Assembly (NCBI GenBank): GCA_043228905.1
Contig: JBHGNT010000015.1
Location: forward strand, 3,596,001-3,660,000
DNA length: 64,000 nt
Direction of reading: 5' to 3'
Source: Azolla caroliniana
Taxonomy: Eukaryota > Plantae > Polypodiophyta
The translations under genes were made by a program, and so were the position numbers. This document shows, piece after piece, positions 1 through 12,621 of the stretch. The notes beneath the pieces are model-generated. The model was not told the DNA's origin, ran no database searches, and saw only the letters and a program-made list of their open reading frames with translations. The first letter of the stretch is position 1, and every line of letters begins with the position of its first letter.

Positions 1-921
1 GGAGTAACTTCCCAAATTGGTCCGGATCTTTTTCATCGCTAGAAGAGCGGCTATACATTTGCATATCCTCTTGCATCCTTGAGATATGTGGCATGAAAGA
101 TTCTTGTGAATCGAGTTGGAAACTTCTTGTACGAGCATTCATGTCACCAAAGACAATAACTTCCCATTTGGATTTGAAATAAGCAATATCATCTTCTAGA
201 TTGGCAAAAGGTTGATCTTTATCCAAACAAGCATAAAAGTTAGAAACTTGATGAGGAATGTACCATCCAACTACACAAGTGGGCAAATCATTAAGTGTTT
301 CTATTTTGGGCCATATGTAGCATTTATGTTCATCATTTTTTATGATTGACACATATTTCTCTATTTCCTTCTTAATCAAACATGCCACCCCTCCTTATCC
401 TCTTCTTTGTCTTGGATTTTTCTTCCATATCAAAGAGTGTACATTATAGTTTCCTAAACCTTGAATCCTTTGAGTATCATGTTCCCATGTTTCAAGAAGA
501 AGTGTCATATCCGAGTCATCGGTGAACTCCTCTATGCCAAATCCTGCATTCCATGGGTATCCATTGCAATTCTAAAAGCATAGTCGTAAAAGGCGTGGGT
601 TAGTCTCATAGGTCACGTGTCCCTATTTGCCTACATTTCCATCTTTAGGTACATCCTTAACCTTATTTTTCAATCTTTCTTCATATGCTTTACGACGGGC
701 ATTTTGTTGTGAGATAGTACGATCTTCACTTACAAAGCATTGCGTACCTTTGAGGTATACCCAACTATTTTCGAGTATGATCCGCCGCTTTGTATCATCT
801 GTCATTGTGCATACAATAGGCCTTTCTCCGGAGAGAGTAACACCATGTTTCCCAACTCAGTGTGCCCCATATACATTCACATCTGACATCCCATAATGCA
901 TGCTAAAAAAAATCACCAATG
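1..921 (-). mobile_element. LINE fragment: ORF1 C-terminal part and start of ORF2 AP-endonuclease (degenerate); left half of the LINE split by the DNA transposon
   Basis: Minus strand reads RPIVCTMTDDTKRRIILENSWVYLKGTQCFVSEDRT (ORF1-like), then APE-like motifs LLLETW, GGVACLI and VIVFGDMNART, with stops. Confidence 0.7.
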
Positions 922-1307
922 AACACGTTTGCATTCAGAAGTGGAAGGATCGCGCAAAAATGGAAGGATAAGGAATATTCCCTCAAATTTTGGGGTTTAT
1001 ATACTCTATTCACAAAACGTAATGATACCAGTATCACATGTTCTCAAAATGTCGTTGGAAAACCTCAAAAAATCATCATTTCCTAAACTTGGAAAAACGC
1101 TAAAATTATGCTATAATCGAAATGGTACAATGTTCATTATCATTGAGAAGTCAAGAAGTAATGTATTTTGTAACAAACAATGTCTGTACAAAGCAATAAT
1201 ATTTCTAAACAATATTTACGCATATTTCGAGTATTACAAACGACACTCTCTTACATTAGATACCAAAATATCATTGAGGAGTGTAAAATTTACAAAAATC
1301 ACTCGTA

Positions 1308-3787
1308 TCATGATCTAGAGTTGCTACTATAACTAATATACAATGCAAATTGTTCCTCGTCATCTTTGGATGTACCTATTAAGGTATTGTCTTCATCTAA
1401 AACTAGATGTTGACATTCCATGTTATGTATAGACGATCTTGTTTGCCTTCGACATGAGACCCCTTGTAGGATAGGTAATTTCTCCTTGATAATATCTATT
1501 GTAGACTTCCTGAGACGTCTAGCTTTTGTTAGTGTGAAGTCGTAAACAATAATATCTACGTCACCAATGTCTAGGCATGAAATGCTATGAATATTTCTTT
1601 TCCTCTTTCTATTCCCCCTTGACCGTGGACATTCCATCATCTCTAAAGCATACTTGCCGGTAAAGGCATTTTTGCTTTTAGTGTTGTACCAATGCACCTT
1701 TATAGACTGGATTTGGCTTTGGTTCTCATGCATCACCACATCTAAAACCTTACCAATCCAAAATTGATGTCCCAGCTCATTATCATCAGCAGGTGTAGCA
1801 ATTAACATACCCATCTTCAATTCTTGCAAGTTCCCTTGCCACCTTGCTTCCGCTGTTTTTGTCAGTCTGGGTCCAACATATATGTCCCTTTGTGGTGGAT
1901 GGAGCAAGCTATCATTAATCGCATTAGGTGCAAGAGGAGAAGTCCGAGAATTACGACACTGTTGTATATTCTAGGTGAAGGGTATTTGCACGGTCCAAGT
2001 ACCAAGGACACAATTGTCAACAATTTGTTCTTGATCTTTAAAGAACACATCCCACCATGATGTGTCTTGTTCCCCAACATACTTCTTCGCATTGTCAATG
2101 TGCTTGCGTTTGTCTTGCAGCGCTTGCATCCAAACATCCTTTGGATTATCAGCTAGTACATTGGTGACAACTTTCTTAGTCTTAATCGGCATTTGTCCTG
2201 CACCATAAACAAAAGTGGAAGGCATATGAAGTAGAAATTGACACCCGCCTTCAGGCTCCCATTGGGGGGAGGATGAATATTGCTTTGCATATAATAATGT
2301 ACAACCACTATGATCATTTTTATTTATTAAGAATACGTGGTTGAAACTTATATTATTTAAGGGCGCTAACACTTTGGCATTTCGCTCAGCACCATCTAAT
2401 ATGTATCTCTTGAAATCATATATTTCCTTCAAGTGTTCCATGATTAGGCGTGGCGTATATGCATCACAGATGATGTCGAACAACTTAGGTAACGTAAAAG
2501 CATCATATCATGATAACTGCCTAGAGAAGTTACTAAACATCTGATCGATATGGTCATGTGTATGACCAACCAATAGAAAGTTAACTTTCACTTTCCTAAA
2601 AATTCCTTGGTTCACCAGCATACTTAGATAACCAAACACCGTAGAATTTTTGTTTTCCCAAGCAGTATTGTCTAGTTGAATATATAAAACCGGCGGCAAA
2701 GACTGCCCCTAAGACATCAATACTTTTTGAATCACAATGACTGTTAAATTAGGTTCATTGTGGACATTTGGGTAGGTGACGAAGACATGAGGCTTCACAC
2801 TTCTATTATAGGCTAAACAACCCACCAAGTGCATCTGCATGAGACAATCGTCGTTGACATCTTTAGGAAGACATTTAAGATGAGGTAGACACGTTGTCTT
2901 TTGGTCCATTCCATCTATCATTAAACACATGTACTTAGTTGGATTGTTTATCGACTTTTCCCTATGGTGCATAGCTCTTTTTCGCTCTAATGCTTGGGCT
3001 TCTCGGTGATCTTGTAACAATTTCTTGTTTAGCTCCTCTGTCGCTGTCTTTGCCCATTTACACACGCTCTTTAGGTTTGCACATACTGAAGGTGACATAC
3101 TTGTCGCAACAAGTTGACATTTCCAATCTATAGGAATCATAAACTTCTCGACGTGTATAATTGTTAGAGAGATGCAACCTACCGGTAGTTGGCATTATCT
3201 CACAATTGAACTTGAAGTATGTCTTCATCTAGGAGATCGCATTTCTACCTGATGCACCCTTCATACTTGGCAAATTATCATCTTCAATGGCATTGTTGCC
3301 GTTTAAAACTCTCTGTTGCACTCTATGTAATCTCATGTTGCTAACACAAAGTGCGATCTTGAATGCCACTCTACAACATTGTCGTGCTGTAAAAAGGTAA
3401 TACTCGAAAGAGATCAAGATATCTGAGGCTTTGTCTGACACCATCTGTAAGTGTTCATAAGATAGGTGTCTTGTTCATCACCATTGAGTGAAAAATAGTA
3501 ACGTCTCAAAGACCACAAGTTTTGCTTTCCAATAATCGCCATACACCCACGAGCGCAACATGTCTTTTTAACATCTATGGTAAGTTGGGCCTCAGATGTC
3601 ACTAAAGCAAATCTTTCTCGACTAATACGTCTTGAGACTCTTTTGAAAAATAAGGGGCTCATTGACTTATTGTCATCCTTAGCTGATATTGGTGTGTCCT
3701 CCTCTTGGCGCACATTCTTTCTCTGTTGCTGGGTAGAAATACTTTTGGGACTCTGACAATCACCTACATTCTCACCCGAGTCCGCGT
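1308..3787 (-). pseudogene. Sola-like DDD transposase, outer copy (main body, several stops and frameshifts)
   Basis: Fragments carry CCARGC, CRVAFKIAL, IDGMDQ, QLDN..ENKN and FLLVGHTHDHIDQMFS. Collinear with the inner copy at 40421-43201. Confidence 0.8.
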
Positions 3788-6700
3788 TGTCGTGAAGAAA
3801 ACCGGCTAGAAGCGAAATCGGCGAAGCAAGGTGCATGAACCGGGCCTACACTTTTCCACACCAATTGATACCTTGTAAATAACTAGGAGTAGAACGGTGG
3901 GAGCAAAGAGACTAGATGTGACGCATTGAATGTCTTGGAAATCGAAGAGTATCTCTGCCTGAAAGGACAAAGAATAAATTGAGGAAAACGAGGGTGCAAC
4001 GGCCTGCCTCGACAGCCTACAAAAGGGAAGGAAGAAGGCGGATGAAGGGGCGTTTTTCGGGGAGCGAGGACGAAGTGTTGTCGGACTGGGACCGAGGTCT
4101 CTCCTCCATCATTCATAATTCTCTGCAGGATTCTTGGACTGAGTGGTCTCTGCTTCGTGGACAGCTCGTGGCCTGAGTTGGGTCCGTTGCCTGCTTGCCG
4201 GTTGTAATCGTTATTGATTTTGTAATTAAGACTTGTTTTCTCCCTCTTTCTCCCTCTTTCTCCCTCTGTGCTTCTACAAGCTGGTCTCTCTCTCTCTTCT
4301 TTCTCACTCTCCTTGGTTCAAGGCCCCTACGGTCCCGCCTCTTTCCACACGCGAAGAGCATAACAACTCGACATATTTGGTGAACCCGACGTGAAATAGG
4401 CGGCAATGGAGTGAAGGATGAGGGGATCCGAGCTTGCTAAAGCTATGGCCGTAGCCGTCGACTGGCTAGTGAGCGCTCGCGACGGAACGGGTGCCCTCGA
4501 TAGGGCCATGGAGTCATTCGTCGGCACTATAGGTTGATTCGGTGGGAAGAATGCCACGAGCTACTTGGAAGCCTACCGGGCCGAAATGATCATGAGGGAT
4601 ATCTTGGTGGATAGGCAGCTGTCCGGATTCCCTCGGGTGGTGACGCCGACCATCCACGCAGAGGTGCTCGTGGTGCTGGCCGGATGCCAAACTTGGGAGG
4701 AGTTCGAGCTACAGCTCCTCGAGATGTATGGGTTCGATGACTCGCTTTGGCTATCGACGCGAGACTTCATGGTGTGGGTTGAGAGCCCATGGAAGGGGAG
4801 AAACGCGTCGGTGCTCCTCCAGGAGTTCGAGAAACGGTTCGCACGGCTGTCAGCGCTGGACCGGACCGTGCTCGACACAAGCCGGGTACTACTATTCGTC
4901 AAGTCGGTGGACGCCATGGACCGGGAGAAGGTGGGTTTCCTGTTGGAAACGGATGAAGGGCTCACGACAGATTGGGCCATGGTAAGGAGGGTCTGCGGTC
5001 GTTTCGAAAACCGGCGCGAGTGGAGCGATGAGGGCTCGTCGGCGGCAAGGCCGGTCCTGACGAGGGAGCTCGAGGAGCCGGTGTCGGTACCAGCTAGGAA
5101 GGCAGGAACTCGGGGTTGGCTCGAGACGGGCTCAGCCCCAAGGGGAGTGGTCAAAGGTCCCTCCGGAGGCACGGCTCTAGAAGAGCTGTCACAGATGGTG
5201 CGAGATCTCCAAATCGCACAGGCCTGGAGGGATAGCAGCGAACAGTCTCGTGACCGAAGGCCGCCGGCGGGGCATCGATACATGTGGTGCAACGCGGTCA
5301 CCCACATCCAGAAAGAATGCGCGGATTTCGCCGAGGCACTCAGGACCAACGTGGTGTACCTCTGGAACGGGCGGGTGCACGCGAGTGAGACTCGGAAAGC
5401 CCTAGAGTTAAATACGGGGCGCGACGGAATGAAGCGGTTGATGGAAGAGGCCGCAACACGACATGCAGAGGCTATTAACTACTCGGCGTCGGAGGGAATC
5501 CGGGTCGGCAGTGACAAGGCCCGGAAAGCGAAGGACTCCGGATTCTGGCTGCTGGTGCTAGAGGGTCTCCCCGGAGTACGGCTGAAAAAGGAAGAGGTAG
5601 ACTGCGCAGAACAGCAGATCCGGGAGGTCACCGGATGGGACGACCCGGTGGAAGAGAAGACTGGCTTCGTGGCAGTCGCATGCCAGAACTACAAGGTTCT
5701 GATAGAAGACAAGCACACGGGAAAGGCCGGAGGGGCAAGCCCCTCGCAGCGGTACGAGACCCGGTTCGGACCGAAGCCGAATGAGACCATCAACGTTGAC
5801 GCACCAGAGAAGAAGAAGCAGGCCGATTTCGACGGACCTGCGGAAGGTCTTGGAAGAGGGAATTCTCAACAACAAGGTTGAGTTGTCGTTACGGGAGGTG
5901 CAAGGAATTGCTAAGAAGGAGTTCCACGACTCTATCGTGGACTTGGTGAAGCGGAAGAGGCTCTCGACGGAGCCGGAATCGGAGAGGCCGGTGGAAGTGC
6001 GAACGACGCACTTAGAAGACACGACCCTAGAGGAGGAGTTGGCAGAAAGCCACTACGCGAAGCCGCATTGGGCTAGGACCACTACGGAAACCCCTATTCG
6101 GATCGGCGACATCCAGGAGCCGGTGGTGGCATTGGTAGACCACGGTTCGGAGATCAACCTGATGTCCATGGACTTCTATACAAAGGGGAAATGGCCGATC
6201 AACACCAAGCACCGGTGGAAGATACGCGCGGCGACGCGCGCTATGGAGGAGCTGCTTGGTGCGTGCCTGAACATACGCTTGAAGATCAGCGACGTCGAGA
6301 TAGATCAACATTTCTTCGTACAGGAGACTTCCTCACACCCGGTAATTCTCGGCGAGCCATACATTACGGCAGCACGCATGGAGACGAAAGTACTGGACAA
6401 CGGTTCGGTGTATGCACGCGTCAAGAGCCAAGATGGTCGACATTTCGTCCAATTCATGACAGTGCAACCCAACCAGGAGCGGAACTGCGAGACCCTTGGC
6501 GGCGACAACCGAGGGGATTTTTAGAGAGGGTTATCAAGGCGTGGGGCTGCGATAGTCCGGACACCCTGGAAGAACCCCACACGTGTATCATAGGTAGGAA
6601 ATTTTGGCTCTCTGAAAACGGAGGTTGTACGATAACCGGCGTAGCTGGCCGGGAAAAGAAACGGGCGGAGGAACGACTTCGGGCATGCGGAGTTCTCAGC

Positions 6701-7222
6701 CCTGAAGAGGAAATCAACGGAGCCGTGGAGACGGTCTCTTTCGATGACACCTTGGGGAGGTTACGGGAGGTGCTCGGAGAAGGCCTTAGCGAGGATCAGA
6801 CGATTCCGGTATGTTCGGAAGAGATGTACGAAGTCATCGCCGACCTCGGTAATGGACTCGAGTCGAATTGGACAGCCCGAGTGGATACGAAGTACAAGAC
6901 TGTGGACCGGAAGGCGAGGCCAATCGCGGCACCCTTGCCGGAGGGTAGCGAGTTACGGATAAAAGGGGTTGCGTCGGACCCAAGTTTACGAGATCCGGCC
7001 AGCATAGGACACACGTTCACCGACATAACACTACGGGAGCTCATGGTTGGTGGGGGTGGCTTTCTACTGCCAGAGGAGGACCGGTTTCGGAGGATGCGCG
7101 GAAGGCACGGGAAGGCCTTCGCGTTCTCACCGGAGGAGATCGGGTGTGTAGACCCGACAATCGTCGAGCCAATGGTGATCTTCATGGTACCACATGTGTC
7201 GTGGAATCTCAAACCGATTCTG

Positions 7223-10200
7223 TGACGGGAACCCAACGTTCCTTATGCCCAACGCTCGGCCACAACCGAGATTCTTTTCATACACAGAAAAACGGGAAAT
7301 AGAACACGAACCAAAGGAGAGGAAGATACACAACAGGTTTACGTGGAAAACCTCCAAAGAGGGAAAAACCACGGCAGTCCACAGGCTGCAAACTGTCACT
7401 ATGTATGAATGTACAAAACAGTGAGTTCACGGAGGCAACTACCTCAGACTCACGCTCTTCGCGACAGGCGGCGGTTACAACAGAGGCAACGACCTCGTCT
7501 CTCTCTCTCTCTCTCTCTCTGTACATTTACGCACTCTCTCTTCTTCTTGCCCCAACAAGGAAAAAAAATGACAACAACAACATATTAGTTTCCCCTAAGT
7601 CATATTTATACTAATATGACTTTTCGGCTATTTACAAATATAGCCACAATGGGCTCTCAGAAACATATTTACGAATATGTCTCTTCCTCCGGTTCATACC
7701 GGGTCTGCACAATCCGGCTCTCCGTAGCCGGGTACTCCTCATCCGGTTCATATTGGGTCTGCACCATCCGGCTCTCCGTAGCCGGGTACTCCTCATTCGG
7801 TTCATACCGGGCCTGCACCATCCAGCTCTCCGTAGCCGGGTACTCCTCATCCGGTTCATACCGGGCTTGCACCATCCGGAGGGACCTGTCTCCCAACAAA
7901 CTCCCCCTTCACTCCGGCATGGGGTGTCTTAACAGTCCGATCCTCTTCCGGCATGTGTCCAGCTTGTCGGGTGTCAGCACTTTGGTCAGCATATCTGACC
8001 CGTTCTCGGTCGTGTGGATCTTCGTCAGTGCGAACTCCTGGTCATCTACTCTTTCCCGGATCCAGTGATACCTCCGTTGGATATGCTTCGTCCGGGAATG
8101 GTAGGCCGCATTCTTAGCAAGGTGGATGGCACTTTGACTGTTGCAGTAGAGTAAGTATTCCTCTTGCCGGATATCGAGCTCTCCGATGAAGTCCTTCATC
8201 CATAATATTTCCTTGCCGGCTTCCACAGCCGCCATGTACTCCGCCTCTGTGGTTGACAATGCAACCGTCTTTTGCAGCCTCGACTGCCACGAAATAGCTC
8301 CCCCTGCATATGTCATTACATACCCGGATGTAGACCGGCTGATATCCACATCAGCCGACATGTTCGAATCGGTGAAACCGTCCAGTTGAGGTTTTCCGGA
8401 GCCGAATCGGAGACACATATTTGAAGTGCCCTTCAAATACCGGAGTATCCACTTGACCACGTTCCAGTGCTCCTTGCCGGGATTGCTCATAAACCGGCTC
8501 ACCACTCCGACTGTGTATCCAATATCTGGTCGGGTACAAACCATTGCATACATCAAGCTCCCGATGGCAAAGGCATATGGAATCTTCATCATATCCGCCT
8601 TCTCTGCTTTCGTCTTCGGGCTTTGCTTGCTGGACAGCTTGCAGTTTGCCGGAAGTGTTGATCCGACAGGTTTTGCTTCTGACATGTTGAACCGGTGAAG
8701 CACCTTTGTCACATACTTCTACTGTGACAGCCATAGTTGCTTCTTTAACCGGTCCCGAATGATGTGCATCCCCAACATCTGTCTTGCCGGACCCAAGTCT
8801 TTCATTGAGAAGGTCCGGTTGAGAGCCTTCTTCAGCATCCGTATTTTGACTGGGTCCCATCTGACGATCAAGATGTCATTCACGTATAGGAGGAGTATCA
8901 GGAAGTCCCCTCCTTTGAACTTCTTCACAAACACGCAGTGATCAGCCTGCGTCTTGTGGTACCCTTGATCGGTCATGAAGGAGTCGAACTTCCGGTACCA
9001 CTGTCGGGGTGCCTGCTTCAGTCCGTACAGGCTCTTCTTCAACCGACATACCAGGTGCTCCTTCCCTTTCTCCACGAATCCTTCCGGTTGTTGCATGTAG
9101 ATTTCCTCTTCGAGGTCGCCGTGAAGGAATGCCGTCTTCACGTCCAGCTGCTCTATCTCGAGGTCCATGCTTGTTGCTATACTCAGCACCGTCCGGATTG
9201 AGGTCATCTTTACTACCGGGGAAAATATCTCGTCGAAGTCCACGCCCTTCTTCTGTTGGAACCCCTTCACCACGATCCTGGCTTTGTATCTCGGGGGGTT
9301 GCCGGCATCTCCCGGTTTCAACTTGTACACCCACTTGTTTCGGAGTGCCCACTTTCCTTTCGGCAACTCCACCAATTCGTATGTATGGTTGTTATGCAGG
9401 GAATCCATCTCATCCTGTATGGCACTTAACCATTTTCGGTTGTGGTTGTGGTTGTCTTCCTTCGCTTCTTCGAAGCTTTCCGGCTCCCCCTCATCGGTTA
9501 GCAGAACATGCTCTGCATTAGGAAATCTCCGGGGCGCCCTTCTCTCTCTAAGAGGATATCTCCGTCTTTGGGCTTCGGTGACCGGCTCATCCATGTGCTC
9601 TTCATCCGAATCCGATTCGGGGTCTTGGCCGGTTCCGGTCTCAGCTTCCTCTACTTCTTCTTCTGTCGGTTCGGTATCCTCACCGTAACCGGCTGGTTCC
9701 TCGAGTGCTAACCGGTCTCTTGCCGGTTGGGTCTGCTCATCGTAGAGTCTATCCTTACCGGTTGACTCAGAGTTCATTATCTTCTTCTCCGACTCCCAGT
9801 CGGCGAGCGTCTTGTCCTCCATGAAGATAATATCTCGACTCCGGAATACCTTCTTGTCGACCGGGTCCCACACTCGGTAGCCGAACTCATCGTCACCGTA
9901 ACCGAGGAATATGCATGGCCGGGTCTTTGGATCTAACTTACCTCTCCGGTCCTTAGCTACATGCACGTAAGCGAGACACCCGAACACCTTCAGATGCCGG
10001 TAGGATACTTCCTTACCGGTCCACACTCTCTGTGGCGTGTCTCCGTCCAAGGGTACTGAGGGTGCTCTATTTATCACGTATGTCGCCGTTGACAGTGCCT
10101 CAGCCCAAAACTTCTTGGGTAGTTTTGCATGCGCTAGCATACTCCGGACCCTCTCCATTATGGTCCGGTTCATCCTCTCGGCCAGTCCGTTCAGTTCCGG

Positions 10201-12621
10201 CGCCTTCGGCACGGTAAATTCGAGCCGGATTCCCTTCGAGCGGTAGTACTCCTCGAACTGCCCCCGGTACTCTCCTCCGTTATCTGCTCGAACCGCCTTC
10301 AGCTTCCGGCCGGTTTCTCTTTCCACTCTCGCGTGGAGCTCTTTGAAGACGGATAACACCTGATCCTTTGTCTTCAACGGTGTGGCCCACAGCTTCCGGT
10401 TGTGGTCATCTATGAACGTTACGAAGTACTGCGCTCCGGCATGTGACTTCGTGTCTACTTGACACACATCCGTATGCACCAACTCCAGTGGTGCATTATG
10501 TCTCATCGGTGGTCTTGGTCGGAAGGAGGTCCGGTTCTGCTTACCGGCCAGACAATCAGTGCACTTCTCTAAGTGCATGTTCTTCACTAGAATGAGGTTT
10601 TCGTCTGCAAGCCTCTTCATCCCCTTCTCGCTCATATGACACAACCTCTTGTGCCACAGCTCACCGGCAGTGTCGGATGCCACGTTCACTTCTTCCGGAC
10701 ATAACCGGGCATTCATCAGGTACAACGTGTTTACCTTCCGGGCTCGAGCCACAATCAGGCTCCCTTTGCTGAACTTCATGACACCGTTCCGGATGCTACC
10801 CGTGTAGCCTTCATCATCTAGCCGACTGGCTGATATCAGGTTCAGACGAACTTCCGGAACGCGTCGGACATTCTGCAGCAGCAACTTGCATCCGGTTGGT
10901 GTTGACAGCCACACGTCTCCTATGCTGATAAGTCGGCATGTTCCTTTGTTCCCCATCCGAACACAGCCGTGATCACCGGCTGAGTAGGATGAGAAGCATT
11001 TCCGGTCTGGGGTAAGGTGGAACGATGCTCCGGAGTCTACCACCCAGGTCATCTCGTCGCCGGCAAGGTTTATCTCACACTCCACGGTGATGAGCATCAA
11101 CTCTTCTTCACTTGCCGCGATTGCCGTCGTTCCCTTCTGGTCCGGCCCTCTCCGGTCTTTACCGTTTCAGTCTTTACCGTTCCGGTCCGGGGTTTGCTTC
11201 GAATCGGTACCGTCGGTTTCCTTGTCTTTACGGAAATGCCGACAGTTCTTTTGGAAGTGACCTGGCTTGCCGCAATAGAAGCAAGTGGGCCTCCCCTTGA
11301 CTTTGACCGTGTCCCCGACTTCTCCCGGTTCTGGGGACTACGGTTTCTATGTCTTCCGCGTTCCGATTCGGTAAGGAGCGCTTTGGAGTCGGAGCTCGTA
11401 TCTTTATCCTTCCGACGCGCCTCCTCATCTAGCAAGCTCGACTTTACTCTTGCTAGGGATAACCGCTTTCCTTCCGGCCCGGCGTTGCCCAAAGTGACAA
11501 CCAACGTCTCCCAGCTATCCGGGAGGGAACCGAGCAGGAGTAGCGCTAGTACCTCGTCGGCAAGAGGTACTTCCAATGACGTTGCCTGGTGGATCAGCCC
11601 CTGGAAGGCATTCATGTGCTCCGCCATGCTGGAGCCATCTTGGTACCAGAGTCTTACTAGCTTTCGGGATACCGACACCTGATTGACAACATTTTTGTTC
11701 TGGAACATTATGCTGATCTTCTCCCAGAGCTCATGAGCCTTGCTCTCTTCATTGAAGTTGTTGCATAGGCTCATGTCAATGAAGCACCGTATGTACGCCG
11801 TTGTCTTCATGTGCATCACCTCCCATATTGCGGCGTCGATTTTGTCCGGTCTCTTGTCCCCGAACTGAACCGGCAATCAGAGGTCTTTAACAACGAGCAT
11901 GTCCCTCATCTTCGACTTCCACACTGAATAGTTGGAGCCGGTGAACTTGAACATGCCGCCAAACGATTCGTCCATTTTCTGTGTCGATTTCGCTCTGATA
12001 CGACTTGACGGGAACCCAACGTTCCTTATGCGCAACGCTCGGCCACAACCGAGATTCTTTTCATACACAGAAAAACGGGAAATAGAACACGAACCAAAGG
12101 AGAGGAAGATACACAGCAGGTTTACGTGGAAAACCCCCAAAGAGGGAAAAACCACGGCAGCCCACAGGCTGCAAACTGTCACTATGTATGAATGTACAAA
12201 ACAGTGAGTTCACGGAGGCAACTACCTCAGACTCACGCTCTTCGCCACAGGCGGCGGTTACAACAGAGGCAACGACCTCGTCTCTCTCTCTCTCTCTGTA
12301 CAGTTACGCACTCTCTCTTCTTCTTGCCCCTACAAGGAAAAAAAATGACAACAACAACATATTAGTTTGCCCTAAGTCATATTTATACTAATATGACTTT
12401 TCGGCTATTTACAAATATAGCCACAATGGGCTCTCAAAAACATATTTACGAATATGTCTCTTCCTCCGGTTCATACCGGGTCTACACCATCCGGTTCTCC
12501 GTAGCTGGGTACTCCTCATCTGGTTCATACCGGGCGTGCACCATCCGGCTCTCCGTAGCCGGGTACTCCTCATCCGGTTCATACCGGGCCTGCACCATCC
12601 GGAGGGACCTGTCTCCCAACA
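7223..12621 (-). mobile_element. Ty1/copia LTR retrotransposon C
   Basis: LTRs 7223-7898 and 12006-12621. TSD TTCTG. Met-type PBS (gctctgatacga on + strand). PPT next to the left LTR. Confidence 0.95.
7909..11975 (-). pseudogene. Copia C gag-pol (gag, PR, IN, RT, RNase H) with stops and a frameshift
   Basis: WVVDSGAS, LWHKRLCH, VHTDVC, ADNGGEY, QLDVKTAFLHG, and YVND in place of YVDD. The ORF is broken into pieces. Confidence 0.93.
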
